Shown: one piece after another, positions 27,368-39,400 of the stretch
Numbering within the stretch: position 1 is the stretch's first letter
Layout: each line of letters begins with the position of its first letter
Origin: Flavihumibacter sp. CACIAM 22H1
GTDB lineage: Bacteria; Bacteroidota; Bacteroidia; Chitinophagales; Chitinophagaceae
Assembly: GCF_001601815.1 (NCBI RefSeq)
Contig: NZ_LUKG01000007.1
Location: forward strand, 46,590-110,589
Direction of reading: 5' to 3'
DNA: 64,000 nucleotides
Translations under genes and position numbers: made by a program
Notes under the pieces: model-generated
What the model saw: the letters and a program-made list of their open reading frames with translations, nothing else
Databases searched by the model: none
What the model was told of the DNA's origin: nothing

Positions 27368-27378
27368 TCAACACCAGT

Positions 27379-29619
27379 TTATTGAACAATGCTCTTAGGC
27401 CGGCCCCAAAAATTCGCCTTCCCTTCCTGCTTTACTGCACCTGCCTGCTTATGTACCGGCTTAGCACCGCTGTATAATACCAGTTCCTCTCCTTTTTTTA
27501 GTGTTATGCTATATACTCCCTCCTCCAGCTTAACCAGCTTTGCCTTTTTCCCTTTGACCCTGACAGGGCCTTCTATACCCGGTTGAATAATACAGGGCGC
27601 CCCTTTCAAGCTCTTGATTTTTACCCACCTGGTGCTGCCCTCCTGCCTTACAGCACTTACAAGAAAAGCGCCCTGTGTCCGAAGATTTTCGAAACTAAGC
27701 TCCTTCCAATTATCGGGAACAGCCGGAAATAGCCGGATCTTATTACCCCATGACTGTAATAGAAGCAGGTGAATGGATTCTGCTGCTGCAAGCGGCGTTT
27801 CGATTACCGGCCCCGACTCCAGGTACATGGTATTGGGTTTAATATAGGCATCGAATAACTGATTCAGGTAAGCAACTGCTTTATCGCCATTACCCATGGT
27901 TGCATAAATTGCAGCACCTCCGGTAAACGAGTACCCCTGCAAGGCATTCCTGAAACTATGCCATCGATTCAAGGACCTTTCAATTAATGGCCGGTTAACT
28001 CTATCCTCCCAGTTAACAAGATGCAATGGATAAATCATCAGCAGATGAGAATAATGCCGGTGCGACTGGTTGAAGCCTATATCTTGTCCTATCCTAAATC
28101 CGAACTCGTCGGTAGGATAAGGCGTTATATTAGCAAGTACATCGCTCCATTTTTCTGCCAGTGGATCTGCGCTGTTAAGTTCTAACAGGGTTTTACAACC
28201 CCATCGAAATAAGGCAAGATCATAATTACAATCTCTTGTTATACCCCCTGGATATTCGGGTGAATAGGTATAGGGCAAATGCCATTTCCCCAGTGCGTCT
28301 TTAGTCATTACCTGCAGATAGTAATTAATACTTTTTTTAAGCAGGGGATATAGTTGCTGTTTTACCGAATCTTCCAGGGTATATTGATAATGCAACCAGA
28401 AATAGTGCAGCATCCAGGTAAGATTACCCAGCTCCAAATCTGCCGGAGCAGCCGTACTATCCAGTATTGGTTGAACCTTTACGGGTGCCAACAACTTTAT
28501 AGAAGCTGCCCGTCCAACAGCCATAGCCTGCTTCCTTAATGGTGCGGGTACATTCAATTCCAGGTTCTGTTGCGCGTTCATCAGCATTTTATTGAGCCCT
28601 TCTGCCAGCCCTAATCGATTTGCCGTGTATAAGGGAGAATAACTTAACTGGATATTCAGATTCAACCAATAGGCTGGCCAGGGCGTAACCCGGTACCAGG
28701 GCCCCATCAAATCCATAGGGGGTTTGTCTGCCCGGGTAGCCGATGCCAGCTTATACATTTGAATCCAGTAAAAGCTTTCCATCCGTGCGTCGGGAAGAGA
28801 CAAAAAGCTTTGTTTGTAGTAGGAATGCCACCAGGCTTTATGGTTGTTGTTGAATTGTTCCAGCTTACCGGCCGCAGCTTCTTTGAGCGTATTCAGTGCA
28901 TCTGGTAAAGCAGTGAGCGACCGGTTGATAGCTACCGACATTACGTAAACCTGCTTGCCTGGTTTTTGGAGCATTGTCCAGGCGGTTACATAATCTCCCC
29001 CCGCCAATAAAGGCTGCCGGAAATAATGAATACCTTCCTCCTGGCTGCTTTTCCCCGGTGGATTATTTTCATACCCCACCGGCTTATCTGTTACATAATT
29101 AAATAAGGCCCTGGGGCTTTCGGATTTTTCTGCAATAAACTCCCAGTTACACTGCTCTTCTCCGTCTACCGTGCTGGTTTCAAATACCACAACATTCGGA
29201 ACGGACAGCGTTTTAAAACTCCATTTTATTTTGCCCTTGTCGGTAATCAGTAGTCCATTTGCGGTAGCATTCCAGAGGTCTAACCTGGCACTGCTATGTA
29301 AAACCCTGCCCGATGGGGTAAGTACAAACCGGCCGATGGGCAATCTTGCGTTCCGGAACAGGGGCGACATGTTCTCTCTACGATCGTCTGTTACATCTGT
29401 TCTGCCAATATCAAGCCTGATCCTATTGCTATCCTCCATATAGAGCATGCCGCCCAACAGTCCATTACCAGTAAAAACACCCTGCTCCCAGTTGGTGGTA
29501 AGGGAATCAAAAACCATATCATTCCGCCGCATAAATGCTTCCCAGTCAATATCCAACTGTTGTGCATTCAGCTGAATGCCACTTCCAAGCAGCCATACTA
29601 AAACAATAATCCTGTACAT
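27379..29619 (-). CDS. divergent GH95-like six-hairpin glycoside hydrolase
   Basis: 746 aa with a signal peptide. FTGNGLLGGMLYMEDSNRIRLDIGRTDV parallels the GH95 N-terminal GNGRLG motif. DLMGPWYRVTPWPAYWLNLNIQLSYSP parallels NLQGNWN..NYTMNINSQMNYWP of the GH95 at 9873-12281. Confidence 0.5.
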   Translation of the reverse strand: MYRIIVLVWLLGSGIQLNAQQLDIDWEAFMRRNDMVFDSLTTNWEQGVFTGNGLLGGMLYMEDSNRIRLDIGRTDVTDDRRENMSPLFRNARLPIGRFVLTPSGRVLHSSARLDLWNATANGLLITDKGKIKWSFKTLSVPNVVVFETSTVDGEEQCNWEFIAEKSESPRALFNYVTDKPVGYENNPPGKSSQEEGIHYFRQPLLAGGDYVTAWTMLQKPGKQVYVMSVAINRSLTALPDALNTLKEAAAGKLEQFNNNHKAWWHSYYKQSFLSLPDARMESFYWIQMYKLASATRADKPPMDLMGPWYRVTPWPAYWLNLNIQLSYSPLYTANRLGLAEGLNKMLMNAQQNLELNVPAPLRKQAMAVGRAASIKLLAPVKVQPILDSTAAPADLELGNLTWMLHYFWLHYQYTLEDSVKQQLYPLLKKSINYYLQVMTKDALGKWHLPYTYSPEYPGGITRDCNYDLALFRWGCKTLLELNSADPLAEKWSDVLANITPYPTDEFGFRIGQDIGFNQSHRHYSHLLMIYPLHLVNWEDRVNRPLIERSLNRWHSFRNALQGYSFTGGAAIYATMGNGDKAVAYLNQLFDAYIKPNTMYLESGPVIETPLAAAESIHLLLLQSWGNKIRLFPAVPDNWKELSFENLRTQGAFLVSAVRQEGSTRWVKIKSLKGAPCIIQPGIEGPVRVKGKKAKLVKLEEGVYSITLKKGEELVLYSGAKPVHKQAGAVKQEGKANFWGRPKSIVQ

Positions 29620-29657
29620 ATTAAATTGCTTTCATCTAAAACAGGCTTTTAGCAGCC

Positions 29658-30911
29658 CTAATCAGGGTTGGTCTTATTTTCTTTCAGCAGGGTCTGGTAC
29701 CGCATCATGGCTTCTATAAAATAATAATCAGCATACACAAGCGGCACATTTATTTCTACTTTGTGAGGAATACTACCCACCGATTTTCCTAAGAGAAAAT
29801 TCCCGGTTTTAACATCGTCGGAGCGGTAGATACCACCGGATAAAAGATGCAATAATTCTTTCGCGTTTTCAACATAAAGAGCTGCCTGCTTTTTATCAGC
29901 AAATCTGCTCAATTCCAATAATGCCGATGCGGCAATGGCAGCCGCAGAGGCATCGCGATACTTAATTGAAACCTTATTGGCATAGGAATTTTTTCCCGGC
30001 TCATATCCTTTTTCGTTCGCATTAAAATCCCAGAATGGAATTTTATCTTCCTGCTTATTGATCTGAGCAATAAAATAATTGGCCATACCAAGTGCTGTTT
30101 TTAGAAACCGGGGGTCCCTGGTTTCGCGGTAGCACATGGTAAAACCATATATACCCCAGGCCTGCCCTCTCGACCAGGTTGAATTATTGGCATATCCCTG
30201 GCCTGTTTCCCTTGCCTCCACCTTACCGGTTTGAGGGTTATAACATACTACATGAAAGGAGCTGTAATCCTTCCTGACATGATTCTTCATGGTTTGTAAG
30301 GCATGGGAAACAGCCATTTTCCTGAATGATGAATCACCGGTATGGTTGGAAGCAAAAAACAATAGCTCCAGGTTCATGAGGTTATCAATAATAACCGGAA
30401 ACGTATAAACTCCTTCGCCCCCCCAGCTCTTAAACGAGTTCCAGGATTTAATACTTCCTGTAACCGGGCTGAACCTTGAGCTCAGGGAACGTGCTGATTC
30501 CACTACTATTGACTTATAGCGTTCATCGCCGGTTATACGAAAAGCATTCCCAAAACTATTGTACATCATAAAGCCAAGGTCATGATGGTCTTTAAAGGTT
30601 TTTAAAGGCTCCAGGTAATCGGTCCACTTAATGGCCGCAGTTTGAAAGCTGGTGTCTTTCGTAGCTTCATAAAGATACCAGAGACTTCCAGGGAAGAAAC
30701 CGGAAGTCCAGTCATACATATCAGTCGAAAGCAGATCACCCGCTTCATTGCAGGTTCGTGGAAACCTGTTTTTAGTGCTGTCGGCAGCTTTGATCAGTTT
30801 TTGATACTTATCAGCAGCATACTGAACGTTTTCAGCAACAAAGGAGTTTTCATCTGTTCCGGTTTGAAGCAACAGAACTACAAAGGAAATCAGGTATAAG
30901 AAGTTCTTCAT
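29658..30911 (-). CDS. glycoside hydrolase family 88 (unsaturated glucuronyl hydrolase type)
   Basis: 417 aa with DWTSGFFPGSLWYLYEATKD, HDLGFMMYNSFGNAF and WSRGQAWGIYGF. Confidence 0.8.
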   Translation of the reverse strand: MKNFLYLISFVVLLLQTGTDENSFVAENVQYAADKYQKLIKAADSTKNRFPRTCNEAGDLLSTDMYDWTSGFFPGSLWYLYEATKDTSFQTAAIKWTDYLEPLKTFKDHHDLGFMMYNSFGNAFRITGDERYKSIVVESARSLSSRFSPVTGSIKSWNSFKSWGGEGVYTFPVIIDNLMNLELLFFASNHTGDSSFRKMAVSHALQTMKNHVRKDYSSFHVVCYNPQTGKVEARETGQGYANNSTWSRGQAWGIYGFTMCYRETRDPRFLKTALGMANYFIAQINKQEDKIPFWDFNANEKGYEPGKNSYANKVSIKYRDASAAAIAASALLELSRFADKKQAALYVENAKELLHLLSGGIYRSDDVKTGNFLLGKSVGSIPHKVEINVPLVYADYYFIEAMMRYQTLLKENKTNPD

Positions 30912-31023
30912 TTAGTGCCAGATTTTTACCATAAAAAATAACAGCAGTGCTAACAGGCAATAGTGCTCAGAAATCAATAACATTTTAGTACACCAGGTTT
31001 AAACGGTAAAGTAAAAAACTTAC

Positions 31024-32847
31024 TTATTCCGGCCAACCAGGATTTTGTGTTAAAACAGGCGCTCTTTGAATTTCTGCAGCAGGAACCGGCCAGGCATAGA
31101 AAAAATCACCGGGCCAGTTATTCGAAAAAGTTCGTTTTATACTTCCCCACATTTCCTTAGCACCGCTGCCTTGCGCATAGCTTGTTTCCTTAAGTGTTTT
31201 CCAGCGCAGCTCATCAAAATAAGAAATGCCTTCATTTAAAAATTCGATTCTTCTTTCTTTACGGATTCTGGTGGTCAATGCGTCCTTATCCGCAACGGTG
31301 GTAGCTGCGCTGCTATTTAATAACCCCACACCAGCCCGGCTCCTCACTTCATTTACTTTTTCAATAGCGGTATTTAGATCACCGGCTTCGTTCAGCGCTT
31401 CCGCCCACATCAACAATACATCCGCATACCTGATCAAGGGAAAATCAATGCCACCCGAAACGCGATCTGCCAGGTAAAATGTATTGGATCCCTTATATAC
31501 AAACTTACGATGCAGGTAATAACCAAGGGTTCTTGTATCCGGGTTAATATCAAATAAAGGATTTTCATTTCTATAGGGCCAGCGCAGGGTAAACACATCA
31601 TCACTGCCGTCATTATTTGCATCCCTTCCAAGGTAGTCTGAATAAGGGGTAATAACCTGTGCGGCAAGGCGAGGATCGCGGTTAGCAAAAGCTGCTTTAA
31701 TCCGTTCTTCATTACCCACCGGCAAGTATAAAACCGTAGCAGCACCCCGGGTTGCAGCCGCATTTAGTTCACCAGCACTGGCATTATTACGCAAAAAGAA
31801 TACTTCCCTTGATTCGGGGTTCATAGCAGCATATCCGGGTATGACAAGGTCCCAATTGAAGGGGCTTCCATCCAGGTTATCAAACTCGTCTACAATATCC
31901 GGGTTCACATTGAATTCTGTCCAGCAAGAACCAAAAGAGGATCTTGTACCGCAATAAAACTGGGTTGTTGAGCCAAAGCCTCCGGAAATAGGTTGATATT
32001 GTATAGAAAAAATCATCTCCGGGTTTTGCTCCTGTTCCATATCGAACAGTGTTGAATAATTCGGCCAAAGCACATGGCCGGCTTTTTTCACCTCATCAAA
32101 ATCGGCAATTGCTTTATCCCATTCCTTCGTGTACATATAGGCCTTTCCTCTCAGCGCATAGGCCGCTGATTTAGAAGCATGCCCGATAAAGCCTCTTTGA
32201 GCGGCAACAGCCGCATCGTAACGAACCGGGAGATTCGGTTCCTGGATTGCTTCTGTAAGGTCTGTAATAACCTGTTTCCAGACATCAGCTTCGGAGCTGC
32301 GCGCTGTATTTTTGACCTCTGTTTCAGTAACAGGCTGGGTAAACACCGGTACCCCTTTATACAACTGATTGAGCCGTAAATAATAATACGCCCGCATAAA
32401 CTTCATTTCAGCTACCAGCCTTGCCTTTTTTTCCGGTGTGCTGGGCGAAATCCTGGTTATTCCATCGATGGCTTCATTGGCCCTGTGCACACCTTCGTAC
32501 AAATCCTGCCACACGTTGGCAAACAGGCTTTCGTTGGCTGTTGCAGTGCCATTTGTGAGCGCATCTGAACTACGCCACTGGCTGGTAACCAAGCGGTCAT
32601 AATGATAGAGTTCGCGGCGAGACACGCCGCCGGTTGAAGTGCCAATTTTCAAAGCGCTGTAAACGCCTCCCACCCCTAAATCTGTAAGGTTATCGGTGGT
32701 CCACATATTACCCGATCCGATAGAAGAATAAGGGGTAGTATTCAACAGGTCTTTTTTACATCCTGTTGTTATCAGCAGCGTTGAACAAAGCACAGGTAAA
32801 AACTGCTTTATTACAGATGATATACTTTTCATAATTATTTTTTTCAT
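31024..32847 (-). CDS. susD: SusD/RagB family nutrient-binding outer-membrane lipoprotein
   Basis: 607 aa with lipobox LLITTGC. Motifs include AEMKFMRAYYYLRLNQLYKGVP, IRYADVLLMWAEALNE and ERRIEFLNEGISYFDELRW. Confidence 0.9.
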   Translation of the reverse strand: MKKIIMKSISSVIKQFLPVLCSTLLITTGCKKDLLNTTPYSSIGSGNMWTTDNLTDLGVGGVYSALKIGTSTGGVSRRELYHYDRLVTSQWRSSDALTNGTATANESLFANVWQDLYEGVHRANEAIDGITRISPSTPEKKARLVAEMKFMRAYYYLRLNQLYKGVPVFTQPVTETEVKNTARSSEADVWKQVITDLTEAIQEPNLPVRYDAAVAAQRGFIGHASKSAAYALRGKAYMYTKEWDKAIADFDEVKKAGHVLWPNYSTLFDMEQEQNPEMIFSIQYQPISGGFGSTTQFYCGTRSSFGSCWTEFNVNPDIVDEFDNLDGSPFNWDLVIPGYAAMNPESREVFFLRNNASAGELNAAATRGAATVLYLPVGNEERIKAAFANRDPRLAAQVITPYSDYLGRDANNDGSDDVFTLRWPYRNENPLFDINPDTRTLGYYLHRKFVYKGSNTFYLADRVSGGIDFPLIRYADVLLMWAEALNEAGDLNTAIEKVNEVRSRAGVGLLNSSAATTVADKDALTTRIRKERRIEFLNEGISYFDELRWKTLKETSYAQGSGAKEMWGSIKRTFSNNWPGDFFYAWPVPAAEIQRAPVLTQNPGWPE

Positions 32848-32852
32848 GCTTA

Positions 32853-35800
32853 TTAAAACCCAACTACTATTCCTCCGGCAAATTGTTTCATTATTGGGTA
32901 ACCGATATTGGGGCCCATTTCAGGATCCAGGCCTTCAAAAGATGAAATTGTCAGCAGGTTTTCCGCAGACGCAAAAAGACGAATACTGGTAGCACTGATT
33001 TTATCGGAAAAGTGTTTGGGAACTGTATAGCCCAGCTGTATATTTCTCAGCTTCAGGAATCCTGCATTATATAACCAATAATCACTTGGCTGGTAGTTAA
33101 TGGCATCGGATCCAACTTTTAAACGGGGCAGTGTTCCATTCGTATTATTACGGGGATTGTCCGGATTGGCATCATCATAGAAATACCTGTTGGCAGCCAC
33201 CCTGGTAGAAACAGCATTTCCAACCTGCAACCGGCTATTATTGTACCCCTCCTGGTCCCAATAGTGTTGCATGCCAGCCGCGCCAAACCAAATAAGGCCA
33301 AGATCAATACCCTTCCAGGAAAAATAGGTACTAAATCCGAAGATGAATTTGGGGTTTGGACTGGAACCGGTAAAATACCGGTCATTCGAATTTCCATAAA
33401 CTTTGTCGCCATTCAGATCATCATAGATCAGGTCGCCATAATTAAGCAATCCTTTATTAGAGCCGGGGGTAGCCGGATCATAGGTAGTATTCTGCGGACT
33501 AAAGGTATAACCTGCAGCTTTCATCGCGTTTACCCAGACCATATCTTCTGGTGTACGAATCATGCCCGTTCTTGGACCACCCGCCGGGTTAACGGAACCA
33601 TCGGTATTAAAATACTGACCCGACCCCCTGTAAACACTGCGCACAAAATATTCCTGGAACAGGTGATTCTCCAGTATAACGCCATTGGCACCACTAAGAT
33701 CAGCCACATTGGAAAAATTCGTTCTCCAAACATCTTCGCCACTGCTATTCTTTTCCCAACCTTGTCTTAATTCGCCTTTCCATTTTGACACTTTATTCTT
33801 TATATAGGAAAAATTCCCCTTGATATCATAGGAAAAAGCGCCTGCGGAATTTCTGTATCCCAGGTTTACTTCCCATCCTTTATTAATAAAACTGGGGCCG
33901 TTTACAAATGGCGAGCTAACCCTTCCCATGGTACTGGGCAATACGAGTGTTGTTAAAATCTTATTAGTGGCCCTGTTGAAATATTCAATTTCGAAACTCA
34001 ATTTATTATTAAGCAAATTCCCTTCCAGGGCAATGGATGTATTGGTAGCTTCTTCCCACCGTAAAGAATCATTACCCAGCCTGGTTCGGGCAAGTGCTAT
34101 ATAGGGAGAGCCGCCAAATGAATAGTTGGCCGCGCCATAACTGGATTGTTTATCATAATTGCCCAAGGACAGTTCATTACCTAATCTGCCCCAGGATGCT
34201 CTCACCTTCAGGTTCTGAACAACATGTTCAAAGTTTTTATAAAAAGCCTCTTCTGATATCCGCCATCCAAAAGAAAAAGAAGGGAAGCTTCCCCAACGAT
34301 AATACTCTCCAAATTTGGAAGAAGCATCTCTACGCAGGTTAGCTTCAAATAAATACCGGTTATCATACACATAATTTACCCGGCCAAAAAAGGAGCGCAT
34401 TCCGCGGTCATTTTCGTACCCGGTAGGGGTATTGGTAATTGTACCCGTACCAATCGTGTATATGGTACCATCAATAACGCCGGTCTGCGAAACGCCGAAG
34501 CCGTTTTCATTGTAATACCATTCATTATGTCCGACCAGGGCATTAATGGCATGTTGGCCAATACTTTTTTTCCAGCGTAATACATTATCAAATGTTGACA
34601 CATAGTTTTTATTAAACTCGGCGGAGATACCCATCTGGGCGGGCTGAGTAGCCTGAACAATAATTGAATTGGCACTAAAATCCCATCGGTCAATTGGTAC
34701 AACGTGGCGGTTTCTTTCCAGTGTTCGTAATTGATAGTTGTACTTCGTTTCAAACTCAAAGTCTTTCAGGAACTTTACCCTTGCAAAAACGGTGGTGTTT
34801 AACCGGTTAGTGAGGTCTTCACCGGCATTTCCATACAAATGAACCAATAGGTTATTTAAGCTTTGAGATTCACCTGTTACAGCGGTTTCTGAGGGCGCAC
34901 CAAACCTACCCTCGTAAAACGGATACAGCCCGGGTGCAGTTTGCCGCAAAAAATTAAAGAGGCCTGTATTATCTGTATTTCCTGCCTGTCCTTTTTGTGA
35001 TAGTCCAAAGGTTTGTGTACCAACCGTCAGGAACTTGGTTATAGCGGTTTCCAGGTTCATTCGCAGTTCATACCGTTTTATGCCGGTATTGTGCATAATT
35101 CCAGGGTTATCAAGGTAACGACCCGAAAACAGGTACCTGGTATTTTCCGAACCACCAGCTACAGAAATATTATGATTCTGCAGCAAGCCATAGTCAAATA
35201 TTTCTTTTCCCCAATCGGTATTAGCGTAGGCCACATAATTGGGAATCCCAAAACTATTCAGCTCATGGGGGGCTGCTTTTTTCTCTCTCCACAGGTCGAT
35301 AGCAGCTTGGGGGTACAGGTTCCCCTGTCCGAGATTATACCGCGCCTCATTGTAGTATTCCATATGGGTAGCATAATCAGACACAAAGGAGGGCAGTTGT
35401 ACAGGACGGGTATCAGAAAAAGTACCGGTATAGGTAACAGAGGGCTTGCCCCTGCTACCCTTTTTAGTGGTTATAAGGATTACCCCATTTGCGGCCGTTG
35501 CCCCATAAATGGAAGCAGCTGAAGCGTCTTTCAGAATGGAGATAGATTCGATATCAGCCGGATTTACCGCATCCATGGTTCCCGGAATACCATCAATAAC
35601 TACCAGCGCACTGGCGTTATTAGGGCTACCGATACCCCTTATACGGATGCTTGCATCATCATTATCTGGCTTGCCCGAGCCTTGCCGAACATAAACACCA
35701 GCCGCCAATCCGCTTAAAGCCGATGAAACATTGGTGACCGGCCTGGTTTCCAGGCTTTTTTTCGAAATCATTGACACCGAACCCGTCAGGTTGGCTTTTT

Positions 35801-36167
35801 TCTGCGTTGCATATCCTACAACAACAACATCTGATAAGGAACCCGCCGCCGCTTTAAGCACAATCCTTAAAGCATTGCTTTCGTTCACTTGTTGCTCCAA
35901 CGGGTCAAAATTCACAGCAGAAAAGACCAACACCGCATTTTCCGGAACAGCTAAAGAAAATTTTCCCGCCTCATCTGTAGCAGTGCCGTTTTCTGTGTTC
36001 TTTACGGTTACGGAAACACCGGGAAGCGGTTGCCCGGACTGATCAACAACAATGCCTGTTACAACTTTGACCTGGGTGTAGCCAAAAGCCGGCAAAAACA
36101 GGATCACCAATCCAATCAAAAATCGGATTGGTATCCGATGCAGGTAAAACAGGAGTAAATTTCGCAT
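32853..36167 (-). CDS. susC: SusC/RagA TonB-dependent receptor (no STN domain)
   Basis: The start is set at M31 (MRNLLLFYLH..). It has a carboxypeptidase-regulatory-like segment (VTGIVVDQSGQPLPGVSVTVKNTENG) and a plug (VVVVGYATQKK..IESISILKDASAASIYGATAANGVILITTKKG). The C-terminus is ..GGIVVGF. Confidence 0.9.
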   Translation of the reverse strand: MRNLLLFYLHRIPIRFLIGLVILFLPAFGYTQVKVVTGIVVDQSGQPLPGVSVTVKNTENGTATDEAGKFSLAVPENAVLVFSAVNFDPLEQQVNESNALRIVLKAAAGSLSDVVVVGYATQKKANLTGSVSMISKKSLETRPVTNVSSALSGLAAGVYVRQGSGKPDNDDASIRIRGIGSPNNASALVVIDGIPGTMDAVNPADIESISILKDASAASIYGATAANGVILITTKKGSRGKPSVTYTGTFSDTRPVQLPSFVSDYATHMEYYNEARYNLGQGNLYPQAAIDLWREKKAAPHELNSFGIPNYVAYANTDWGKEIFDYGLLQNHNISVAGGSENTRYLFSGRYLDNPGIMHNTGIKRYELRMNLETAITKFLTVGTQTFGLSQKGQAGNTDNTGLFNFLRQTAPGLYPFYEGRFGAPSETAVTGESQSLNNLLVHLYGNAGEDLTNRLNTTVFARVKFLKDFEFETKYNYQLRTLERNRHVVPIDRWDFSANSIIVQATQPAQMGISAEFNKNYVSTFDNVLRWKKSIGQHAINALVGHNEWYYNENGFGVSQTGVIDGTIYTIGTGTITNTPTGYENDRGMRSFFGRVNYVYDNRYLFEANLRRDASSKFGEYYRWGSFPSFSFGWRISEEAFYKNFEHVVQNLKVRASWGRLGNELSLGNYDKQSSYGAANYSFGGSPYIALARTRLGNDSLRWEEATNTSIALEGNLLNNKLSFEIEYFNRATNKILTTLVLPSTMGRVSSPFVNGPSFINKGWEVNLGYRNSAGAFSYDIKGNFSYIKNKVSKWKGELRQGWEKNSSGEDVWRTNFSNVADLSGANGVILENHLFQEYFVRSVYRGSGQYFNTDGSVNPAGGPRTGMIRTPEDMVWVNAMKAAGYTFSPQNTTYDPATPGSNKGLLNYGDLIYDDLNGDKVYGNSNDRYFTGSSPNPKFIFGFSTYFSWKGIDLGLIWFGAAGMQHYWDQEGYNNSRLQVGNAVSTRVAANRYFYDDANPDNPRNNTNGTLPRLKVGSDAINYQPSDYWLYNAGFLKLRNIQLGYTVPKHFSDKISATSIRLFASAENLLTISSFEGLDPEMGPNIGYPIMKQFAGGIVVGF

Positions 36168-36413
36168 AACGCAGTTTTTTGATGTTTTGTTAATAAAGCA
36201 GGCGCCGAAAATTCTGCAAGAGAACGGGCCCTGAAAAGAAGCTCCTGAAAATTCCATATTCAGTTTTACCAGCAGGGGGGATTCCTTTAAATGAATGGGG
36301 TGATTTTTTTAAGCATCGCTTAATTCGCTGATTAATAATGGAAATGCTATTGTTTCTTTATTAAATTACCCCTCGTGTAACTTTATGCAGATTGCTTATA
36401 AAGGCCAGAACAA

Positions 36414-39400
36414 ATGCTTGCTCAACTAAAAGGCTGCGGTAAACTATCCGCCCTACTTATATCATCGTTACTGTTGGCGATAACGCTGTGCGCTCAACCT
36501 ATACGCTTTAATCACCTTAAATTGGAACAGGGACTGGTGAGCAATTCGGTATTATCAATTTGCCAGGATGCAAAAGGTTTTATGTGGTTTGGGACTTCCA
36601 ACGGACTTAACAGGTATGATGGCTATCGATTTCGGCTGTACCAAAAAGGAAAAGACAGCACTACCCTCTCCGACAACAATATAACCTCCCTTTTATTTGA
36701 CTCGAAAGCAACTCTCTGGATTGGTACCGGGGGTGGCCTGGATAAGTATAACCCCGCAACCGATACATTTGAACGGATTTGGCTGGAGGGAAGCCGGGTA
36801 GGAAATATCCACAGCCTGTATGAAGACCGGGTGGGGGCTATTTGGGTAGGAACTGCCAATGGACTGTACCTGCTTAAGAATACCTCCAATAAAACGGTTC
36901 GTTCCTTTTTTCCCAATTATATTATCCGGGCCATTTATGAAGACAAAGAAGGCGCTTTATGGGTGGGCACCAATAAAGGGTTGGCCAAAATGACTATCCG
37001 GAATCAGGAATACCGGGTAGATTTTTATACCCATGCCAGCGAAAAACCAGGCAGTATCAGCTCCAATTCAATAACATCCATAGCTGAAGATGGCTACCAG
37101 AAACTATGGATAGGAACTGAAAATGCGGGCATCAACTACTATACCAGGTCAACCGGAGCGTTTACAAGAATAGGGGCTGCGCCTGCTGAAAAATTTCGCC
37201 TTATACATAATAATGTACGGGAAATTTTAAGCATTAACAATCAAATCTGGGTCGGCACCCAGGAGGGTTTGAGTGTAATAGATCCTGTGAAACTGGAAAT
37301 CCGGTCGTACCAGCACAATACGGCCGATAAAAATTCCTTAAGTCAAAACTCCATTTATACACTTTATAAAGATGCTGCACAGCTCATTTGGATAGGCACC
37401 TATTTTGGCGGCGTAAATACTATTTACCCCATCAGTACAGTTTTTACAACCATTCAGCAAGAAGAAAACAAAAATTCACTGAGCAATGACATTGTAAGTG
37501 GAATGGCGGAAGACCATAATAAAAATATCTGGATCGGTACTGAAGGTGGCGGATTAAATCTCCTGAATAGAAAAACCGGGAAGTTTACCGTCTATACCAA
37601 TAAGCCCGATGATCCAAACAGCCTGAGTTCTAACCTGGTAAAAAATGTATATATAGATAAAGATCAGCATATTTGGGTAGGTACGCATGGCGGGGGCGTT
37701 AGCGTATTCAACACCCGTACAGGGAAATTCACCCGGCACTTGCTTGATAAGGATGAAACCTCTATTTTATCGAGTGAAACAACGCATATACTGGAAGATG
37801 ATAATGAACGCTGCTGGATCATCAAAAACAAAAGAGCCCAGGTTTTTAAAAGAAATGGAACAGCACTGGAACCCTATGCATTATCTGATTCGCTTCCCTC
37901 CTATCCGAAAGATTTTGTAGTATCAGCGGTTTTTAAAGATTCCCTTCATCAACTTTGGATTGGTGGCGATGCAGGGCTCTTAAAAATTGTCCACAATACC
38001 GTTACGGTTATTGATACAAATTCTGCCGTCAACTGCCTGGCAGAAGATAGTGAAGGAAATATATGGCTGGGCACAAAATTTAGTGGCCTCGTAAAATACT
38101 CTCCTACAACCGGGATACTGGAAAGGTCCGGGGAAAATATACCCTACGCAGCTACCAGTATTTTGGGTATTCTGATAGAAAAAGGAAACTATCTACTTCG
38201 GGAGCCGGATAAAATATGGATGAGCACGGATCGGGGAATAATTAAGTACCATCCTTCCAGTAAATCATTTCAACTTTTTACCACCAGCGATGGATTGGCC
38301 GGTAATTTATTTAACGCAAATTCCTATTTGAAGGATTCGGAAGGGATGTTATATTTTGGAGGATTACAGGGCATCACTCGGTTCAATCCACAGCTTATAG
38401 AGTGCAATTACCTGGTATCGCCCCTTCTCTTTACAGGAATTACAGTAACCGCCACCAAAGAAGCTACCCGGATAGGCACCCATGAGTTCAGGAACCCATC
38501 TGATTCATTACCATCGCTTACGCTCAAACACAATCAAAACACCTTCACTATTGATTTTGCATTGCTTAACTATATTAAGACTGATAAAAACACGTATTCC
38601 TACCTGCTGAGTGGTTTCGATCTGACCTGGAATTCTACGCAGCTACCTGCTGCCACGTATACCAACCTTCCTCCAGGCAAGTATACATTTACCGTTAAGG
38701 GGGCCAACAATGACGGCGTCTGGAGCCCGGTTAAAAAGTTCCAGATCATTATTCTTCCCCCTATATGGCTTACCTGGTGGGCCTACAGCGCGTATTTCAT
38801 CGTACTGGCAGGCATCCTCTTCTTTGTACTACGTTCTTTTCATATGAAAGCCCTGTTAAACAAAGAAAATGAGCTGCACCAGTTAAAATTGGATTTTTTC
38901 ACTAATATATCGCATGAAATACGAACCCACCTTACCTTAATTATGCTTCCGCTTGAGCAACTGGTCAATAAAAAAGACCCGGGCAGCATTGATTATCCGG
39001 TATTGAATCGAATCAAACTTAATACCACTAGATTATTAACATTGGTAACGGAGTTATTGGATTTTCGAAAAATTGAAAAAAACAATCACTCCTTACAACT
39101 CACACCTACCAATCTAATTCCTTATTTAGAACGGATATACGACAGTTTTGTGGAGCTTTCGCTTTCCAAAGACATTCGATTTTCTTTTATACACGATGTG
39201 GACAGCATTTATTTAGCCATCGATAAAGATCAATTTCAAAAGGTACTTATTAATCTCTTGGATAATGCCTTTAAATATACAGATGCCGGTGGCCAGGTAA
39301 TACTTCAGATCAAAGAGGACGACCAACAGGTAACTATTACAGTAAGCGATAACGGCCGGGGAATAGATCCCAATTACCATGAAAAGTTATTCAACAATTT

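Noticed and set aside
33264-35522. Long antisense ORFs inside SusC (33264-33770, 35013-35522). Similar ones lie inside other large genes: 21462-21923, 43857-44345, 44575-45111 and 51578-52027
   Set aside because: Each lies wholly antisense to a gene with strong family motifs. Their products are compositionally skewed and have no recognisable domains. This is the usual shadow-ORF behaviour.
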